Origin: Pristiophorus japonicus
Taxonomy: Eukaryota
Assembly (NCBI RefSeq): GCF_044704955.1
Contig: NC_091987.1
Coordinates: 68,696,001-68,760,000 of the forward strand
Reading direction: 5' to 3'
DNA length: 64,000 bases
The position numbers and the translations under genes were made by a program. Shown here piece after piece: positions 57,780 to 64,000 of the stretch. Position 1 is the stretch's first letter. The number at the start of each line of letters is the position of its first letter. The notes beneath the pieces are model-generated. The model worked only from the letters and a program-made list of their open reading frames with translations. It was not told the DNA's origin and ran no database searches.

Positions 57780-59540
57780 TTGCTTGAACTGGAGAAGATT
57801 TGGAAGTGGTGAACCCTACAGGTCAGTGCTGGGTCCACACTTGTTCTCGGTACATACAGATGATTTATACTGGGGCATAACAAGCACTATCTCAAAATAT
57901 AGTACAAAATTAGGGCAATTGCCAAGGAGGACTTTAAAAAGAGTTCCAGTAGACATAAACAGGTTGTTGGAATGATCAGGCATCTGGCAGATGCAATTTA
58001 ATGTGGATCGGTGTAAGGTAATACTTTTTGGGAGAAAAATAAGGAATGGGAATATACATTCAATGGAAAGATACTGAAGGGTATAAATGGACAGAGACCC
58101 AGGGGTTCAAATACATAATTCCTGAAAATGCGAGTAGAGGTAGAAACAGGCCAACAGCATTTTGGGTTTAACAAATATTTGGGCATAGAGTACGGGAGTA
58201 AAGAAGTAATGATCAATTTATACAAAGCATTGGTTAGCCCAAATTGGGGTAAAGTGTGAGGTTTTGGGTATCCCATTACAGAAAAGACTGTGGGGCCAAA
58301 ATTCAGGGTCTCAAAGAGATCTGTTAGTGCTCGTTTGCTGGTGGCCATTCCGAAAAATCGACTGGTCGCTGCTTTGGGGTCAACAGGCCGACCCGACCTA
58401 AGTTCAGGTTGGGGATTTTGCGGCTTGGACCCCATACTGCCCAAGTGGTATCACCGCCAGTAAAATGAATAAAACAACAATAAAAATACTTACCTAGCAA
58501 GTTTCGCCTCACTCCGTGGATCCCCCGCCGCATGGTGCCCCCGACAGGTTTCCCTGCCGGTGCACTTCTGCAGAGTGACTGCGGGCCCGGCAGCGTGGCG
58601 ACCCTTAAAGGGGAGGGCCCAATGCCTCGGCCAAAGTTCAAGAATTTTTGCAGACCAACTTGCCGATTGGCCGTCAAAATACTGGTCCCAGGTTCGGCCG
58701 GGCCACCAACAGGCAACCTGGTACTCCCTCTTGAGTGCCAAGCCACTGGCCCGGAGGAAACCCTCCCTGGTGGCCCAGTGACCAAAGTTTAAAAAAATGG
58801 CCAGAATCTCTCCCCTTTAACAGAGGGGCGAGACCGTGGTGACTCACACACACGTGCTGTGATGTCACCACGCTGATTGACAGCGGCGGGCATTCCAACT
58901 CATTTTCAGCGAATCACCCCATCTTCGAGTCTAAGGCCACCCCCAATTCAAAGTCCTGAAAATGGATCGACTCACCGGACCAAGAGTTCCAGCGGTAAGC
59001 ACCAGCTAAAAAACTCATAGGTGTGCCAGTTTTCTGGTCCACCTGAATTTCTGTCCCATTAAATCCATAGGCACAGACAATGTAGATTCACCAGCATAAT
59101 GCCGGAGATGGGATACTATAGTTATGAGGAGAGATTTGAGATACTGAGACAATGTTAATTGGAGCAGAGTAGATTAAAAGATTTGATGAGTTTTTCAAAA
59201 TTAGGAGGAGTTTTGATAGAGTGAATAGGGATTGACTCTTTCCTCTGGTTAGGGAGTCATGACAAAGGATCTTCATTTTTAAATTGTCAATAACAGAGTG
59301 AGGGGAAAGGCTAGAAGAACATGTCTTACACCGAGGGTAGCTGGAGTATGGAATGCTTTGGCACTGGAAGTAAATGAAGCTGAGACCATTGTATCGTTGA
59401 AGGGAAAATTGGATAAATATGTGAAGCAGAGGAAGATACAAGACTATTGGGAGTGAGCGGGACAGTGGCATTAAGTTTTGATTGCTCCGGTAGAGAGTCG
59501 GCTCAAACACACAGGCTTAGAATGGAATATGTGCTGCACG
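57780..59540 (+). mobile_element. Old CR1 RT fragment interrupted by a MITE
   Basis: Degenerate SG.P..SVLGP, WQMQFNVD.CKV and ..YKALV.P.L motifs on both sides of the insert. Confidence 0.75.
58292..59057. mobile_element. MITE (Harbinger-type TIRs)
   Basis: TIRs GGGGCCAAAATTCAGG and CCTGAATTTCTGTCCC; cleanly interrupts CR1. Confidence 0.78.
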
Positions 59541-59759
59541 TATCAAATGAGGCTGGTGGTAGGACCATGTGAAATTGGTCCACCAGCCTCGTTTGTTTAC
59601 CACCAGTCAGCTGCAGGCACCAGCTGCGGACCCAGGGGACAGCTTTCTGGTCCTGGGAAGGACAAAACTCATCCGTTTCGCTGACGGTTGAGGTGGTAAG
59701 CAGCTGAGGCGGGGCGGGGAGTGGGGGGTGGGGGGATGCGAGTGGCAGCCAGCAGTGGC

Positions 59760-61291
59760 AGGACTGGAGCCGAATGGTCTGAACCCAAACTAAGCATCGG
59801 TGAGCAGGTTATTGGTGAGTAAGTGCCGCTTGATAGCATTTTCCATGACCCCTTCCATCAATTTGCTGATGATTGAGAGTAGACTGATGGGGCGGTAATT
59901 GGTAGGATTGGATTTGTCCTGCTTTTTGTGCACAGGACATACCTGGGCAATTTTCCATTTTTTCGGGTAGATACCAATGTTGTAGCTGTACTAGAATTGC
60001 TTAGTTAGAGACGTGGCTAGTTCTGGAGCACATGTCTGCAGCACTGCAGCCGGGATGTTATCGAACCCCATAGCATTTGCTGTATCCAGTGTGCTCAGCC
60101 GTTTCTTGCTACAATGTGGGGTGAATCAATTTAGCTGAAGACTGGCCTCTGTGATGGTGCGGATCTTAGGAGTAGGCCAAAATGGATTATCTACTCGGCA
60201 CTACTGGTTAAAGATGGTTGCAGTGTCCGAGGCCCAACCATCTTCATGCTTCATCAATGACCTTCCCTGCATCATAAGATCAGAAGTGGGAATGGTCGCT
60301 AATGATTGCACAGTGTTCAGTGCCGTTCACAACTCATCAGAAAATGAAACAGTCCATGCCCGCATGCAGCAAGACCTGGATGACATTCAGGCTTGGGCTG
60401 ATAAGTGGCAAGTAACATTCGTGCCACACAAGTGCCAGGCAATGACTATCTCCAACAAGCGAGAGTCTAGCCACCTCCCCTTGACATTCAACAGCATTAC
60501 CATCACCGAATCCCCCACCATCAACATCCTGGGGGTCACCATTGACCAGAAACTTTACTGGACCAGCCACATAAATACCGTGGCAACAAGAGCAGGCCAG
60601 AGGCTGGGTATTCTGCGGCGAGTGTCTCACTTCCTGACTCCCAAAAGCATTTCCATCATCTACAAGGCACAAGTCAGGAGTGTGATGGAATACTCTCCAT
60701 TTGCCTGGCTGAGTGCAGCTCCAACAACAGTCAAGCTCGACACCATCCAGCACAAAGCAGCCCACTTGATTGGCACCCCATCCACCACTTTCAACATTCA
60801 GTCCCTCCACCACCGGCACACCGTGGCTGCAGTGTGTACCAGCTACTAGATGCATTGCAGAAACTCGTCAAGGCTTCTTCAGCAGCACCTCCCAAACCCG
60901 CGACCTCTACCACCTAGAAGGATAAGGGCAGCAGGCGCATGGAACACCATCACCTGCAAATTCCCCTCCAAGTTACACACCATCCTGAATTGGAAATATA
61001 TTACTGTTCCTTCATTGTCGCTGGGTCAAAATCCTGGAACTCCCTCCCTAACAGCATTGTGGGAGTTCCTTCACCACAAGGACTGCAGCGGCTCAAGAAG
61101 ACGGCTCACCACTACCTTCTCTGGAAATTAGGGATGGGAAATAAATGCTGGCCTTGCCAGCGACGCCCACATCCCAGAACAAATAAAAAAAACACTTCAG
61201 CCTTGTCTTTTGTACTCATGTGCTGGGCTCCGCTGTGATTGAGAATGGGAATGTTCATGGAGCCTCCTCCTCCCATTCGTTGTTTAATTGC
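59760..61291 (-). mobile_element. CR1-clade (second family) minus fragment split by a + copy
   Basis: ...aagatggttgca (about 60222) resumes as ..cttcagccttgtctttt after the A-rich tail at about 61192. Confidence 0.7.
60221..61192 (+). mobile_element. CR1-clade LINE 3' portion
   Basis: FINDLP, WADKWQV.F...KC, LGVTID, YKAQVRSVMEYS; tail aaataaaaaaaa. Confidence 0.9.
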
Positions 61292-61544
61292 ATTATATGT
61301 GTATTATATAACCCTTTGTCCTCACCAGAATAAATGTTTTGCCTATTGGAAATGTGAGGTCAAAAGGTTATTAAAGTTCTAGAGGCCTTCATGCTATTCA
61401 ATTCATTTCTGTGAAAGCCATTTGTTTAGATGTATTGTCTTCCTGAAAGCAGTAAGTACTCAGGTAGCTAAATTGTGAAGGTGTCCATGGCAACTTCTCA
61501 CCTCAAAATTATGTTGACTATTTTATCAGCATTGTTTGAATACA

Positions 61545-62477
61545 CAATCAACATCTTCACCGAGGCATACGAAAGCATGGGCCTTACACTAAACATCCGT
61601 AAGACAACCTGACCCCGCCACACAGCACTGTCCCCCAGCCATCAAGATCCACGGCGTGGCCCTGGACAACATGGACCACTTTCCATACCTCGGGAACCTA
61701 TTATCAGCAAGGGCAGACATCGATGACGAGGTTCAACGCCGCCTTCAGTGCACCAGCGCAGCCTTCGGCCACCCGAGGAAGAGAGTGTTTGAAGATCAGG
61801 CCTTCAAATCTGGCACCAAGCTTGTGGTCTACAGGGCTGTAGTGATACCAGCCCTCCTGTATTGCTCAGCGATGTGGACCATATACATTAGACACCTCAA
61901 ATCGCTGGAGAAATACCACCAACGATGTCTCCGCAAGATCCTGCAAATCCCCTGGGAGGACAGATCACCAACGTTAGTGTCCTCGATCAGGCCAACATCC
62001 CCAGCATCGAAGCACTGACCACACTCGACCAGCTCCATTGGGTGGGCCACATAGTTCACATGCCTGGCACAAGACTCCCAAAGCAAGCGCTCTGCTCGGA
62101 ACTCTTACACGGCAAGCGATCCTCAGGTGGACAGAGGAAACATTTCAAGTACACCCTCAGAGCCTCCTTGATAAAATGCAACATCCCCACCGACATCTGG
62201 TAGTTCCTGGCCAAAGACTGCCCAAAGTGGAGGAAGAGCATCCAGGAGGGCGCTGAGCACCTCGAGTCTCGTCACTGAGAGCATGCAGAAAGCAAGCGCA
62301 GACAGTGGCAGGAGCGTGCGGGAAAACCAGAATCCCCACCCACCCTTTCCTTCAATGACTGTCCCACCTGTGACAGAGACTGTAATTCCCGTATTGGACT
62401 ATTCAGTCACCTAAGAACTCACTTTTAGAGTGGAAGCAAGTCTTCCTCAATTTCGAGGGACTGCCTATGATGATGAT
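61545..62477 (+). mobile_element. RTE LINE 3' portion
   Basis: DHFPYLG, YRAVVIPALLY, RLPKQAL..EL..GKR..GGQRK; tail gggactgcctatgatgatga. Confidence 0.92.
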
Positions 62478-63054
62478 AATTGTGTAGAGCCAAGGACCAA
62501 TTTACTGAACTCGCCTTAGTGCTTACTCCTGATAAGTTCATAAAATATCAATAGAAAATGACCAGCGTTAAGCAGAATGATTCATGCCATTGTGTAAAGT
62601 GGGGACTTTTAGGAGAGGTGTGAACATGTTATGGGTTGATTTGCTTATTATCCATCTCCTCTCTCCCTTTGAGTAAGGGCCTCGCCTCTGCTGGTTTTGT
62701 CCCTCCCGGTGACGAGGTCTGTAGCCACATCCGAGTACTTCATGCATAATGCAGCATGTTGGTGCAACAGGGTGGTGCACTACTGCTCATCTCTATCCTG
62801 ATTTAATGATGTGTCATCTCTATCCCAATGAATTTTACTCCAGGCAGTACTAAGTTGTTGTAATTTGTTAGGGTCTGGTGAGGAAAGTAATCTTTACATT
62901 TTGTTTAATAATGAATTGAGATATGTATATTATATATTGTAATGAGCATAGACATTTTTATAATTTGCAGATCTGCAGTGACATTGCACATGGCCCGTTA
63001 AACCTCGATAGCAACTGATTTTCTTTCTCATTTATTCTCTTTATTCTCAGCAGT

Positions 63055-63475
63055 TTTGTCTCTGAGTCAGAAGTTTGTGGGTTCACGCCCAGACTTTGAC
63101 AATGCAGCACTCGCTGAGTACTGCACTAGAGATGCAGAAATTATTTTAACCTGACGGCACCAGATCAGTCACTCATTTTCCACTCCGCCCGATTTTACTT
63201 TCCATTGACTTTGGGCTAGGTGTAAAACGAGCAGCTAATCCAATCCTTTCATATTCCTGCTGGGTGGCTTAGGTTAAAATTACCTTCGCTGTCTTTCAGA
63301 TGTTTAAACCAAAGCCTAGTCAGCCTATTCGGGTAGACATAAAAGATCCCATGGAGCTATTTGAAGAAGAGACTGGAGCTAATTCAGTGTCCTGGCCAAA
63401 GTTCATCCCTCAACCGCCAGATCATTCATTTCATTTACCTTGGGACCTTGCTTTGAGCAAGAGACTGCCACGTTT
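63055..63475 (+). mobile_element. Deu-domain SINE with a small MITE-like insert (about 63135-63285)
   Basis: ctgagtcagaag..gggttca head; aaagatcccatggagctatttgaagaagag..gtgtcctggccaa..tccctcaacc core; insert bounded by attttaacct/aggttaaaat. Confidence 0.65.
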
Positions 63476-63477
63476 AT

Positions 63478-63880
63478 TTACAACAACAACTTGGATTTAT
63501 ATAGCGCCTTTAACATATTAAAATGTCCTAAGGTGCTGTGCAGCAGCGTTATCAAACAAAATTTGACACTGAGTCGTGTAAGGAGATATTCGAGCGGTTC
63601 AAAGAGGTTGGTTTTTAAGGAGCGTCTAAAAAGCAGGAAAGAGCGGTAGAGAAGTGGAGAGGTTTAGGGATATATTCCAGAGCTTAGGGCCTTGGCAGCT
63701 GAAGGCATGGCCACCAATGGTGGAACGATTGAAATCGGGGATGCTCAAGAGGCTGGAATTAGAGGAGCGCAGATATCTGAGGGTTGGAGGGCTGGAGGAG
63801 ATTAGGGAGGGGCGAGGCCATAGAGGGATTTGGAAACAAGGAGGCCGGCCAGGAGTGCGTTGGAATAGTCAAGTCTAGAG
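63478..63880 (-). mobile_element. L2 3' fragment
   Basis: (CAA)n tail, tttatatagcgcc; reverse complement of the 43578-43945 type. Confidence 0.82.
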
Positions 63881-64000
63881 GCATGAATGAGTAACAAAAC
63901 AATGACTGCACTTCAGGCCAAGAGCACGTCACAGTGAAATGGTTGCGGGATGAGACAGGAATAAGTTGAGACTAAGGGCTTTTATAATGGGATGGGAATC

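Overview
Vertebrate genomic DNA, most likely from a cartilaginous fish (inferred from the repeat repertoire: esterase-type CR1, RTE, L2, Deu-domain and LF-SINE-like SINEs, Harbinger MITEs). The window is almost all intronic sequence of a + strand gene of the EWI family, best matching IGSF3. One clear coding exon is present (28948-29325, first Ig-V domain, phase 1/1), plus a candidate upstream signal-peptide exon (648-770) that is out of frame by one base in an A-run. The rest is deeply nested transposable elements: a young CR1 with an intact 968-aa ORF2, many truncated CR1/L2/RTE copies, a TSD-bounded Gypsy LTR element with CTCF-like motifs in its LTRs, a solo LTR inserted into a long hairpin, nested Harbinger elements, a hAT-type element, SINEs and a 24-bp minisatellite. 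I found no convincing wholly new biological system. The best leads are the frameshifted signal exon, the CTCF-bearing LTRs, the LTR-split hairpin, the structured RTE-tailed SINE and the hammerhead-like relics. TE boundaries are approximate unless a TSD or TIR is quoted. Family names come from motif recognition, not database searches.
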